In this document: positions 11,520-23,299 of the stretch, one piece after another
Layout of the letters: each line of letters opens with the position of its first letter
How positions within the stretch are numbered: position 1 is the stretch's first letter
Assembly: GCA_049999805.1 (NCBI GenBank)
Contig: JBNGIO010006232.1
Coordinates: forward strand, 211,340-267,775
DNA from: Folioceros fuciformis
Taxonomy: Eukaryota
Length of the DNA: 56,436 nucleotides
Direction: 5' to 3'
The notes under the pieces: model-generated
What the model saw: only the letters and a program-made list of their open reading frames with translations
Databases searched by the model: none
Told to the model about the DNA's origin: nothing
Position numbers and translations under genes: made by a program

Positions 11520-11720
11520 TAGAGATGCTTGAGTTGGATATACACCATGTGTAGATTCCTTAATCTCTGATTTGCTCATGTAGGTCCTTTCCATCTCCAG
11601 GGCCAGGCATCCCAGGCTTGCACATGCATGGAGGAGCTACACACATGTCACAGGATTGGGTTGAGCTGTTCCCTCTTCCAACATAGCCCTGAAGAGATGA
11701 AGGGGTTTCAGCCGTGCCCA
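11520..11720 (-). pseudogene. Degenerate PPR P-L motif fragment between the two WW-type PPR genes
   Basis: Manual translation LHLFRAMLEEGTAQPNPVTCV*LLHACASLGCLALEM, then a frameshift to KDLHEQIRD*G, matches repeats of the 7774 gene (ALHLYSAMQQEGMAVPDPVTFVCLLQACASLGTPALEMGK). Confidence 0.7.
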
Positions 11721-12165
11721 ACATTTGTCGCAAAAGGACGTCTGCTTCACCAGGAGGTTCCTTTGTATCTGGGAAGAAGGTCAGAACATGGGATCCATGC
11801 CAAAGTATCTGGCGTGGAAGGATTCGTCCAAGGTGTAGGGAAGGCCTTATTGGTGGTGCTGCTCAACCACGAGTGGTGTGCTCGACTTTTTGTCGAAAAC
11901 AACAGAAGGAGCGAATGCTAGCAGAATCAAGCTTGCCGCAGCATTGACTCTGCAGGGACAGCTCCTTCGTCAAACAGGCAACGGAGATTCAATCTGCAAT
12001 TTAACATGCTCTCAACACGTACGAACGGGACCGTCTGTCAGTATAATCTCAGGTTTGCCCATTGCAGTTCCAGTAATGGCAACTTTTGGTGCACTTACAG
12101 GGACGGCAGGACAGGCAATGCTAGAAACTTGATACACCAATTCGTCAAGACTGATATCAATCGCT

Positions 12166-14427
12166 CTAGGGTCCTGACCAGTAACCCAGATGTGGCACAT
12201 ATTCCTCTTCACTATTGGGGAAAGACTCTGTCTCTTGGTGCCCAGTGTGCATCTTGTACCCAGCCAGAAAGCTATGCACGTTTCCGTCCATGTCCGTCCA
12301 CCAGCTCTGACCTGGCTCCTTCCAGGCTTTTATTCTGAGTCTCCTTGACTGCAAGTCCTCTGCCTGATCCCACATTTGAGCACTGGTGTACACGTTGGAC
12401 ATCAAGACGTATGCTACAGCATCTTCGTTGCTTAGCTTCAGCGCTTCATGGAATGCATAGCCTCCCACCTCCACGTTTTTCCACTTTCGACAAGCACCTA
12501 TTAGAGTGTGCCAAACTGCAGAATTAGGCTGCATGGGCATTGTCCGTATCAAGACGAGAGATTCATGCAGTTGGCCTGCACGACCCAGAAGATCCACCAT
12601 GCATGTGTAGTGCTCCAGCGTGGGAGTGATACCATAGTGTTTGCTCATAGATTCAAAATATTCTTTACCCTTGTTCACAAGACCAGCGTGACTGCATACT
12701 GTCAGAACACTGAGAAATGTTATGCCATCTGGCTGTATGCCACTCTGTCGCATTCTACAAATCGAACTGAAGACCTCATCACTGTTTCCTTGACGGGTGT
12801 ATCCAGCAATCAATGCACTCCATGCGACAACATCTCGATTAACTGATGTCTCGAATACATGCCTTGCCTCAAACATACTACCGCACTTCCCATACATGTC
12901 TATCAAACTGCCGGCTATAAGCACGTCACCTTGGAGACCTTGTTCCTTTATCTGTGCATGAAGCTGCCTTCCCACTTGCAAAGCTGCCAGACTCCCACAT
13001 GCTTGAAGGAGGCACAAAAACGTAACAGAGTTGGGTGGAATATTGCCTTCTTCTTCTTGCATAGCCCTGTAAAGAGCGAGAGCCTCCTGCCCCATGCCCT
13101 GCTGAGAGTATCCTGCTATCATGGCATTCCACGCCACCACATTTCTGTGACCAAGTCCGTCGAATACACCCCTAGCATCCTCTAAGCTTCCACACTTCGC
13201 ATACATGTTTACCAGGCTGCCACCTACAACGAGATCAGCTTCAAGACCTTGCTGTCTTATTTGTGCATGAAGGTGCTTCCCCTTCTCCAATGCCGGCGTG
13301 CCTACACCTGCACATGCCTGCAGAAGGCAAACAAACGTAACCGAAGTGGGTGCAGCCGTGCCTCCATCTTCCATAGCACTAAAGAGAAGAAGGGCTTTCG
13401 CACCCATGCCCTGCTGGGAATACCCTGCTATCATGGCATTCCAGGTCACAGCATTTTTTTCACTAAGTCCGTCAAACACTCTTTGAGCGTCTTTCAAACT
13501 GCCACACTTTGCATACATATCCACCAAGCAACTACAGACAAACACATCATGCTCAGCGCCAGCAACCAGCACATCAGCATGCACTTGCTGTCCAGATTTC
13601 AAATCTACTCCCTTCGCACAAGCCTGCAGTGCTGCGACAAGCACATGGCCATCTGGCTTCACACCTGATCTGCGCATCCTATGATAGAGCTCTATGGCCT
13701 GCTTATCTTGCCCCAGTTTCACATACGCAGAAATCATAGAAGACCACATGAAGACATCTGGTTTGACAACCATGCCAAACACATCCATAGCTTCTTGCAA
13801 CCTGGCATGAGAAGAATACACTCGCAGGATGTGGTTGCACAAGAACGTGTCCGTCTCATATCCTTTCTTCACCAGGAGCGCATGAACTCGACGACCCAGG
13901 GGCAGATCCCTCTTAGCCACACACTCTTTGAGGACAGTGTAAAACACGAATTTGGAGATATGAAGGTCACCTTGAACCATCACTCCCAGGGCTTCAACGG
14001 CCTCCTTAACCTGCCCCTCCTGACACAGCTTGGTCACGGTTTCAACCGTCATCTCCCTTTCGTATCCTGCAGCCCCGGAAGAGTCAACACAGTCCACCAG
14101 GCTCCAGTTTGTTGCAGGGGAACGACGGCCCAGTGGTATTCCCAAGGCACCCAGCTGCCCATCCACCCAAGGTGTATTGGAAACGAGCTCCTTGCCAAGA
14201 CTCTCCTTCGCAAATGCCGGACAAGCTCTTGGACTCCTCCCTGGCACCTTCCTTGCAAAATAGTTGCACCTGGCGGCTGCATTGTGTGCCAAAGATCGTT
14301 TCCTGCAAGTCAGCTGAGCGGGAGACCTTCTCAGAATACCTCTCAACCCACCCCCTTGGTTCGCCCACCAAACCTGTTCGCCCAGCGGATCCTGCTGTCC
14401 CCTTCTTGACTGGATTGCCAGAACCAT
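12166..14427 (-). CDS. PLS-class PPR protein with E1/E2 and truncated WW-type DYW (no deaminase zinc motif)
   Basis: Intact ORF with likely ATG at 14427 (MVLAIQSRR..., Arg/Ser-rich organellar presequence-like). PLS triplets follow, and it ends KEPGQSWWTDMDGNVHSFLAG...EEYVPHLGYWSGP* before HxE/CxxC. Confidence 0.92.
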   Translation of the reverse strand: MVLAIQSRRGQQDPLGEQVWWANQGGGLRGILRRSPAQLTCRKRSLAHNAAARCNYFARKVPGRSPRACPAFAKESLGKELVSNTPWVDGQLGALGIPLGRRSPATNWSLVDCVDSSGAAGYEREMTVETVTKLCQEGQVKEAVEALGVMVQGDLHISKFVFYTVLKECVAKRDLPLGRRVHALLVKKGYETDTFLCNHILRVYSSHARLQEAMDVFGMVVKPDVFMWSSMISAYVKLGQDKQAIELYHRMRRSGVKPDGHVLVAALQACAKGVDLKSGQQVHADVLVAGAEHDVFVCSCLVDMYAKCGSLKDAQRVFDGLSEKNAVTWNAMIAGYSQQGMGAKALLLFSAMEDGGTAAPTSVTFVCLLQACAGVGTPALEKGKHLHAQIRQQGLEADLVVGGSLVNMYAKCGSLEDARGVFDGLGHRNVVAWNAMIAGYSQQGMGQEALALYRAMQEEEGNIPPNSVTFLCLLQACGSLAALQVGRQLHAQIKEQGLQGDVLIAGSLIDMYGKCGSMFEARHVFETSVNRDVVAWSALIAGYTRQGNSDEVFSSICRMRQSGIQPDGITFLSVLTVCSHAGLVNKGKEYFESMSKHYGITPTLEHYTCMVDLLGRAGQLHESLVLIRTMPMQPNSAVWHTLIGACRKWKNVEVGGYAFHEALKLSNEDAVAYVLMSNVYTSAQMWDQAEDLQSRRLRIKAWKEPGQSWWTDMDGNVHSFLAGYKMHTGHQETESFPNSEEEYVPHLGYWSGP

Positions 14428-14892
14428 ATTTCGGAAGTGCACAATCTCATGTCCATTAGGCTGCTGACATTGCTACCAACATCCCTGCCTCTTTTTGCTC
14501 CGCAGACAATACCCAATGCTAGGAATGATTCATAAGTGTTGTGAGTCTTCTTCGGGATCAAAAGCAGGGAATCATGGGGAGCTCTTCTGGAACTGAAACT
14601 CATGATCAGAGCACCTTAACAAGCATTACCGGCAAACTGATGTGCAGCGGACATGAGCTCCAAAAACTCCCCGAAAACAGTTCCACACACCTACATAGTG
14701 ATACGGGGGGGGAACCATGTGACTACACGCATTTCGTAGGGAAGGACGAAATTTGTTCTAACAGCGTTTGAGCCGACTTTGGGTCGATCCGGCCCTCATC
14801 GTGGGTCTCTCTTGGAGGTGCGTCGTCCTCAAATCTCGGTTCTGGGTTAGCGCAAATGACCCGGATTCCACCGCACCACGGTGCTATGATCC

Positions 14893-17793
14893 ATGCGGAG
14901 GCTTGTGGGAGACGAGGCATTGATGAAGAAAGTGGGTGGCCTTTCGGTCTGGTCGAGGCTGATGATTCAAGGCAAGCCTCTACTCCGCAGCGCTGCAGAC
15001 CAGGGTTGCAGATGTGTGTCCTCGTTGCGGCAGCAGACTACATCAGCAACTACCCCTGGTGAGTGTGTACCTGCCTGCTGTTGGGTGTGCTACCTTCTTT
15101 CACCAGGCTTGCAGCTGGCAAGCTCTCAGATTCTTATGTTCAGCTGACTGGCAGTGGAGCCAAGGGCATGGTTTGCGTTACTGGGGAAGGAGCCCTTCGC
15201 GTGGTGGGGGAACGAGTGGGAGAAGGTAACTTCTGGTCCTTGCCATCGGGTGGTGCAGTCTGAGCAGACAGATGGATGCTATACGTTTTCGAGGAGTCCT
15301 AGTTTGTTTCCCCCTAATATTTGGCAGCTTTGCAGACTGGCAAGGGGTGAAGGAGGTTTGGAGGTTGAAACCTGTGGCTCAGTCTGCGAGGAGGCACAGC
15401 TCGATGCAGCCTTTACCCTATTGGCTCTGCTTGTCGAGCAAGAGTCTTATGTCCCGGCATCCCTTTTTTATTCTATCCTCAAGGAATGCATGGCGAAGAG
15501 AGATCTAGTCGCTGGTACGAACGTTCATGCTTTTACTCGCAAGAGTGGGTATGAATCGAACACGTTCTTGGCGAACCACCTCATTTGCATGTATGCTGCC
15601 CATGGAAGGTTACTGGATGCGGTGCAGGTGTTCGCCCATTTGGTTGCACCGGATTCTTTTATGTGGGCTTCCATAATCATGGCACATGTCGAACACGGAC
15701 AGCCTGCGAAGGCTATACATTGGTATGGACGGATGCGAGAGTCAACTCTGAAGCCGGACAATCATATATTCGTGGCTGCTCTCAAGGCGTGTGCTGTCGC
15801 AGTGGACTTGGCTTCTGGCAGGCACGTCCATGCTGATGTGTTGGGTTCTGCTGTTGAACCCAACATGTTTGTGGCAAATGGTCTTGTGGACATGTATGCA
15901 AAATGTGGCAGCCTAGAGGAAGCTCGGAGGGTGTTTGAGAGTCTGACCACCAGAGATATTGTGACATGGACGGTCATGATTTCGGGTTACGCTCAGCATG
16001 GCCTTGGTCAAGAAGCTCTCACACTTTATGTATCTATGCAACAGGGGGGCATGAACCCAGCTGACCGTGTCACGCTGCTGAGCCTCGTCAAAGCATGTGC
16101 CAGTGTCGGAGCGTTGCATGAGGGGAAGCAACTTCACGCTCTCATCCGGAAAGTAGGATTAGAAGCTGACTTGGCCGTTGGCAACAGTTTGGTGGATATG
16201 TATGCCAAATGTGGGAGCTTAAAAGATGCTCGAAAAGTGTTTGACGGGCTGACCGCAAGAGATGTAGTGAGCTGGACTGCCATGATCAGAGGATATGCGG
16301 AGCTTGGACTCGGTGAAGCAGCCCTTGCTCTGTACACAACCATGCAAGAGGAGGGCTTGATTCCAGCGGATCATGTTACATTCGTGTGCCTTCTAAAAGC
16401 TTGTGCCGGCCTTGGAGCATTACATCGAGGGAAGCAGGTGCACGTGCAGATTCAGGAAGCAGGACTAGAATGCGATGTGAGTGTTGGGACCAGCTTGGTG
16501 GACATGTATGCTAAGTGTGGGAGCTTGACGGATGCCTGCAAAGTCTTTGACAGCCTGCCTACAAAACATGTGGTAGCATGGACAGCCATGATCACAGCAT
16601 ATGCCCAGCATGGGTTTGGTGAGGAAGCCCTGGCTGTCTCCGCGAGTATGGAGAAATTGGGTTTGACTCCAGGAGATGTAGTAACGTATGTTTCTCTTCT
16701 GAGGGCATGTGCCAGCATTGGAGCACTACATCAGGGGAAACAGCTGCATTCGCAGCTTGAGAAACAAGGACTCGACAACAATGTGATAGTGGGCAGCAGC
16801 TTGGTTGACATGTATGCAAAATGTGGCAGCTTGGGAGAGGCTCGTAGAGTGTTTAACAACTTGGACTGTAGAAATGTGATAACTTGGAATGCCTTACTTA
16901 ATGGCTACGGCCAACACAACGAGTGCCAGAAGGCTCTGAACTGCTTTGAGGAGATGCAAGAGCATGGGGTGGAGCCTAACCATGCTACCTTCGTTTCCCT
17001 ACTCGTGGCTTGCAGTCATGCCGGGTTGGTGGATGCAGGCAAGCAGTATTTCAGGATGATGGGGGACGTTTATGGGATCACGCCCACCGCAGATCACTAC
17101 AATTCCATGGTTGATCTTCTTGGGCGGGCCGGCTGCCTTGATGCAGCAGAGCACATGCTGCTGTCCATGCCGTTTCAGAATGATTCGGCGGGATGGATGT
17201 CTCTCTTGACTGCCTGCAGGAGCCATGGGGACACACAGCGCGCCAGGCGCTGTTTTGACCACATTACCAGACTGGAACCTCAAAACACTGCCGCTTACGT
17301 GCTCCTGTCTAAAACGTTTGCAGATGCTGGCATGTGGGGTGCTGTCGAGAGGGTAGAGAGTATGAGGAAGTCAGCAGGTGCTTGCAAGAAGCCTGCACGG
17401 GCATGGATTGAGGTAAGTAGCAAGGTCCACACATTTGTTGTCGGAGAGGAAAGGGATGACCTCACGTCCAAGCTCAGAAGCTTGAATCAGCGGTTGCGAG
17501 AGGACGGGGGGGACACGCCCCTCCCTGGCCATGTTGTGAAGGTGGAGTCTGATGATCAGGAGAAAGAAGACGCCTTATGTGGACACGCTGAGAAGCTTGC
17601 TTTGGCATATGGACTCTTGAACACTCCTGACGGCAGTCCTCTGTTGGTCACGAAAAACCTTCGAATGTGCAATGACTGCCACAGTGGCACCAAGGTCTTG
17701 TCGAGGATTGAGAGGCGGGACATCGTAGTTAGAGATGCTCACCGAGTTCACCATTTTGTAGACGGCTTCTGCAAGTGTGAAACCCGCCTCTGA
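14893..17793 (+). CDS. PLS-class PPR protein with complete DYW:KP-type deaminase domain (candidate U-to-C RNA-editing factor)
   Basis: Phase-consistent model: exons 14893-15058, 15144-15225 and 15336-17793 with GT-AG introns. The N-terminus MRRLVGDEALMKKVGGLSVWSRL... is presequence-like. The C-terminus is KKPARAWIEV...VHTFVVGE...DALCGHAEKLALAYGLLNTPDGSPLLVTKNLRMCNDCH...VVRDAHRVHHFVDGFCKCETRL*. Confidence 0.93.
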
Positions 17794-18600
17794 GGAGGAT
17801 TTTGCTCACATCTGTTCCTTGGAACACCTACATCCTGGAATGCTCCCCCTCTACGAACGATCTCGACCTGCAAGAAATGGAGATTACCACCATCAGGTGA
17901 TTTTAGTTCAGCGCACATTTCGACCATCACTTACGGGTGGCTGGTGTATAAAAATCCAAAGAAGCTTTGTGGAGAGTGGTAAGCGATATCATTCTCTCTG
18001 ATATTGTTGTCCCATCTTCTGCTAGAATGTTGGTTCTCTTCACAAAGTTCAGCAACTAAAACCAGAGGCAAACAAGGTGGCAAGTTTGTAGAGCACGTAA
18101 TCAGACGGATCGTGTTCTAAATTCTGTCGACATTGTTAGAAAGTTGCGGGAAATTGTTTCATATCAAGGGTGGTAGTGACGACGTCAGATCTAGAAATGT
18201 AGGATGGCAGAGATTTTACTGCAGCTTTATGGGTACATTGCAATGCCCCAAGGATTGGATCATTACCATGTCTACTACATAGTCCCATAACTTTTACTAG
18301 AAAAATCCAGGGAAATCAATCATTCGAACACGATGCATGCTCACAACGGACAAACTGAGAAGGCTGTCTCTCTCATGAAAGCCCCAGTTAAAAAGATGAA
18401 TGTACAAAGCCTAAGGTGGTTCGTTCAGACTATCCGCCCTTGTTACTGAAGAGGTCTAATCTGATCTACCAATTACCTTGTTGTACTAAATCTGATCTTA
18501 ACCAACCTAACTCAACCAAAGAAGGTACTAATTTGGATCAATCAATGCCCAGAGCACGCACTATGTACAACAACTCCTCCCAGACAGAAGAAGAGGGAAC

Positions 18601-20714
18601 TTAGGCACTGAAGCCTGTTGTAAGAGGTGTCCATGCCTGAACACCGGCGAACAAGCCGATCGAACATGCTTCTGCCGCAGCTTCTGCCACCTTCTCGGGA
18701 CTAAACCCGGAGTTGCACATGTTTGCGAATGATCTCATGTGCTTCATACCATACTGAGTCAGCGAGCCACACTCACTCTCGTAAGCTCGCACCTGCAAGA
18801 CATGCATCCAAACATCCAAATCAACCTCGAATCTTGTCGAAGAGATGCGAAAACGATATGAAAACCAGCTACAGATGCTGCCCACTTACCACGGCCTTGA
18901 GGCATTGCCAGTCGTCAACAAGAGGCAAGCCCACCTCCCGTACTGTAGCCAGCACTTCAGGCCCCGATTCAGACCCGAAGAGTAGCTTCCCTATCAAGGT
19001 GACACTGGAGTCAATGTGTGCACGCTGGGACATTATTCTAGCAATGTCCTGGGCAGCTTCAATTTTCTTCCTCGACCCTTCGGGTGAACGATTGTACTGC
19101 AAAAACAGTTGCAAAGGATGTCAGACGTAAAAAAACCTCAGTACCCTCGGTTTGATCCAAGAAATCACGGCGCATGTACCTTATTCCAATAGTGCAGCAA
19201 ATCAGCATCCCTTTGATTCACAGCCAATGACTCCCCAGCAGGAAGACTGTTCGAAGGAATGAACGACACGTCAGGCCTGCTGACGTTCGCGTTTAAAGGG
19301 TCGTAGCCTAAGAAGAGGGATAATCTGTCCGAGTTAATCTTGATGTCGCCGTATTGCATCACATGTGAGCCAGATCTGTAAGTGTTGTCATTAGAGGTCC
19401 TCTTCTTCACCTGTCGAGGAAGACGAACACCGACATCGACACCGACAAGAAGATTAGCACAAACGCGTACTGAACCTAAAGCTACAGTATCCTATCTCTC
19501 CAAACTACTAACAATGAAAGTTCGGGATCAAAAGCCTCTGCACTCACGATGAGGTACTGATCTTCCAGTGTCTCTTTCTCCAAGTTCTCCACCTCGCTGC
19601 ACAAGACAAATCCCTCTCTGACGATCAGAGAAACACACACAAGGCGGAGATTATCTTATGTTCCAGGGATATCAGGTAAGCAATCGAGATGACACTCACC
19701 AATCCTCCATCCAAGCAACACTGTAGAGGTCCCCGAGACAGGTCCAGTACTCAGGAGGGGGCGGATTCTCCATCCCAGGACAGTACGTCCCCCAGCTGCT
19801 CTCCTGAGCATTAGACGCCGTGGTGACATAAATGTCCAGGCCCTCCGGCAACAGACCCTCAAAGATACTCCCACTCTCGCACGCCTCCAAGTAGATGACC
19901 ATCTCCTTGTACGTGCCCAGGGCATGCTTCAGCTTGAGAGTCTCCAAGAAATCATTCGCGAACAAATTTGGCACATTTGGCATTCCTGCGCGCACCAAAA
20001 GGAGAAACACGAAAACAGAGCCGTCAGCACTCCCGCTCTTCCACGCGACAACCATTCTCCCCAACACCAGTCCCTTGCACTTACCCAGCACTCCGGGACC
20101 GCCGTGGTCCGTGTAGTAGATGAAAATATGGTCCTCCGGAGCGCTCGCCACAACCTTCCCGCTCCCGCCCTGAACCGCAGACTTGTCTCCAAGAAGCACA
20201 GCAAAGAAGTTGTTCACAGTGACAGCAGCCCCGGTGTAATCCTGCAACAGCGCACCGCAACCGCGTCACGACCCAACTCCCCACGCCCCAACTTCTCCAA
20301 CCCACGAGTTCCATTCCACCAACCTTGGGCACGCCAGCGTACACGTCCTTGCCGCGCGGGTTGTTGATGATCGTCCCCTTGTGCGGATTATCCGCGTTGA
20401 AGGCGATATCATCGTACATGAACACCACGATGTTCTCGTCCTTGAGCCCATTGTTCTTCAGAATCTGGTACGCATGGCAGACGTCCGACTGCCACAACCC
20501 AAACCCCGCGCCCCCAAAAATCAGCACGGCCCAAAACCCTGTCTCCTATACACATCTTAGGANNNNNNNNNNNNNNNNNNNNNNNNNNNNNNNNNNNNNN
20601 NNNNNNNNNNNNNNNNNNNNNNNNNNNNNNNNNNNNNNNNNNNNNNNNNNNNNNNNNNNNNNCCGCCAGCAGCGCCACCAGGCCCAAGACCAGGCAAAGC
20701 CCAGACGCCGCCAT
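18601..20714 (-). CDS. VPE: Vacuolar processing enzyme / legumain (peptidase C13), multi-exon, with a 100-N gap in the 5' part
   Basis: Signal peptide [17 protein letters not shown]; motifs [23 protein letters not shown]; catalytic YTDHGGPG and [64 protein letters not shown]; ends GFSA*. GT-AG introns, e.g. 20242-20323. Confidence 0.95.
20539..20557 (+). other. Nextera/Tn5 mosaic-end adapter remnant (assembly artefact)
   Basis: CTGTCTCCTATACACATCT differs at one base from CTGTCTCTTATACACATCT, lies just before the N gap and interrupts the VPE coding sequence. Confidence 0.85.
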
Positions 20715-21203
20715 GCTCAATTCGCGTCTCAAATTCCCGTTCCAGGCGCAGGCGCAGGCTCAGTGAACAGATCCCTGGCCTCTAGCTCTTATAGCACAAA
20801 TCCGGGCCCGTGCATGAAGGAGACGGGCGGCCAGGGGATCTCGGGCTGCCAGCACAAGTTTAGCATCCGGGCCAGCGGCAGCCCGGCGGGAATAGAGTAA
20901 CGGGAGACGTCTCACCGTTCCGTTTCGATGCTAGCAAGCTGTCTTCCGATGGCACGCGCTATCGACAGGGACCGTGGCGGCTGCTACGGAGCGGGTGCGA
21001 GGTGGCCCTCTCTCGGCAGCTGTCGCATCTTATGGGCCCCTCAGCTGAACCATGCTGGTAGACGCGTGCCCCACCTTCCTGCCCTCTCCCGTCTCCAGTA
21101 TCGTGATTCTTCTTCTCTTCCACACGCCAGCCTCCCGTTTGCGGAGACCTGGCCCAGGCCTAGGGACCGAAGACTCTTGCCAAACACAAACTCTTCAAAC
21201 GCG

Positions 21204-21238
21204 ATACATACATACATGCATACATACATATATACATA
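21204..21238. repeat. (TACA)n-type microsatellite
   Basis: Seen directly. Confidence 0.7.
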
Positions 21239-21378
21239 GATATCTCCTGCATGCGGTCTCGATCACGCTCCATTTTCTCGCTCTCGCTCTCTGGCATAGT
21301 CGATATTCTCACCTAGTAAAGATAGTTTCAATCAACAAAATTACACATTTTCTGCTGTGGAGGAGGTAGAGGGCTCTC

Positions 21379-21465
21379 TCGAAATCACAGTGAAGGAGGA
21401 AGAGCTCGAAATCACAGTGAAGGAGGAAGATCTCTCGTCAAAATCGCAGTTGAGGAGGAAGAGCT
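21379..21465. repeat. Short 27-bp tandem repeat (TCGAAATCACAGTGAAGGAGGAAGAGC), two copies plus a degenerate third
   Basis: Seen directly; it explains the spurious LEITVKEEE repeat ORF. Confidence 0.65.
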
Positions 21466-23299
21466 CTCTCTCGAAAGAACAGTTGCATGGTAAGGAGGTT
21501 AGGCTAGATTCTGTCTGCGTCGTCTCTTTTTATGGGTCTTGCTTCCTTTCTTGCTGCTCCGTCTTTCTTACGTGTCCTACTTGCTTGCTTGCAGAGGACT
21601 TGTGCAGATGTGGAAGACGAAAAAGTACAGTCTCCCCCCTATGGAGTCACAGCACTCCAGATCTTGCAGCAGGCAGTCCTGGACCATTCGCAGTCGTCTG
21701 CCGTACGCGCCTCTAAACCCTCCACATGCAGTGGGAGAGAGGCCGTACTGAATTGGAGCAAGAAAGAACTGTGAACGAAGGCGACTTACGGTTGCTCAGA
21801 TTCTGAGCCATGGCGGCTGGCTCCTGTCGGCTGGTAACTTGATGAAGCCAGCAACGGCAAGGCAGGGATTTCGGGCCCTCCGATCTTGACACAGTCTGCA
21901 TGGTGGCGTGCAGGGGTTGTTGCGGCCTCCCAGCCTCATCAGTGGGAGATGCTGTTCAGTGGAGCCCGCTGTTCCGGTGGAGCCCGCTGTTAGGTAGCCA
22001 CCAACCCGAGTTAACCCTCGCCTGTGAGATTTTCTCAGGACTCTCTTCGTTCCTCGCCTTCAGAGATTCCTCGCCTTCAGAGATTCGATCTCTAGTGTGC
22101 CAGGTCATGTCTGGAGTATAAATCTTTCTGATTTCATGTGCAGATGCGTCTTGTGAAGTCATCGGCACGCAATGTGAAAGTAGGTCCTTCTCACTTTCTG
22201 GCGGCAGCATGAATTTTGTGTGAGGAGAGGGACCTGCTTCCTCTTCCTGGCTCAGACGTGGATTCGTGCTCTCCGCCTGCGCTGCACCAATAAGTCGTCC
22301 ATTCCCCACCGCAGATGTATGTACCTGCTTGTTCACCTCAATGCCTTCCACTGCAGGTTTCTTTTGTACAGCCTTGCTACTGTTTTCTGTGCGTCAATGC
22401 TGTCTCCATCGGTCCACCCTGCCTGTAGTTGAAAGCAATGGCTGACCGTTCAACCTGGCAGTGCTTTCAAAGCACCACATCACCCTCTGCTGTTCTTGTG
22501 ATTTCCAACAGAGGACAACGATTTCCTTGCTGCTCCCTGGCCCTCTGGTGCCTTCACAGGCCTTCATAGGGCAAGCAAACTGAACTTCGAAATCTAAAAT
22601 CAGACCCTCCTGCTCTGCTCCATTTGTCCATACAGAACAAGTGCCTCACGTCCAAGCCCTTAGCCATCTTGTATCTATTGCTATCTGTCGCTTGCATAAT
22701 TTTTGGAGTTGCAGATGCTTGAACTGCCAGCTAACATCAGTCAATCCTTTTGGTGCCGTCTTCGCTCTTCTGCCCGCGTCACCCTTCTCAGCTTGTTTGC
22801 CATGGCTGCAGAGGAGCGTTCAACGACAGCGCACTTCGCTTGAATTCGGTTCCCTGAACGCGCTTTTGCTACGTCAAACCTAGGGGTAGGCATAGTAGGA
22901 AGAGCGTCCTTCGGAGGTCAAAAAGGGGCCGGCGGCCAAGACCAGGATGCTCCGCGGAATCCCTGGAAGAAGCATGAAGAGAAGATCCAGGCGAATTGCG
23001 ATTTGCGTGATCTTAGCACACTAGGAGGGAGTTTTGCTGATCCACTAGGGGCAGCTGCCGCCATCTTCAGGGAACAGTTGTCAAGTAGTCGTCTCTGTCG
23101 AGAACTCATGCCGGCCACGCAATTTCATCTTGATCTTCGAGTCGTGAAGCTCAGCACAAACAGTTTTCCGGGAGGAATTCCACCTGGGCTTTCCAGCACC
23201 TCCAGCCGTTCGGAATCGCCAAGTGCTCCTACCTACCTGCCGCTGATCACCTCCAGCGATGAGATGCTTTGAAATGGTTAGATTTCGTTCACTGTTGTC

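Noticed and set aside
8348..17283. Numerous short ORFs antisense to or overlapping the PPR genes
   Set aside because: By-products of repetitive PPR coding sequence.
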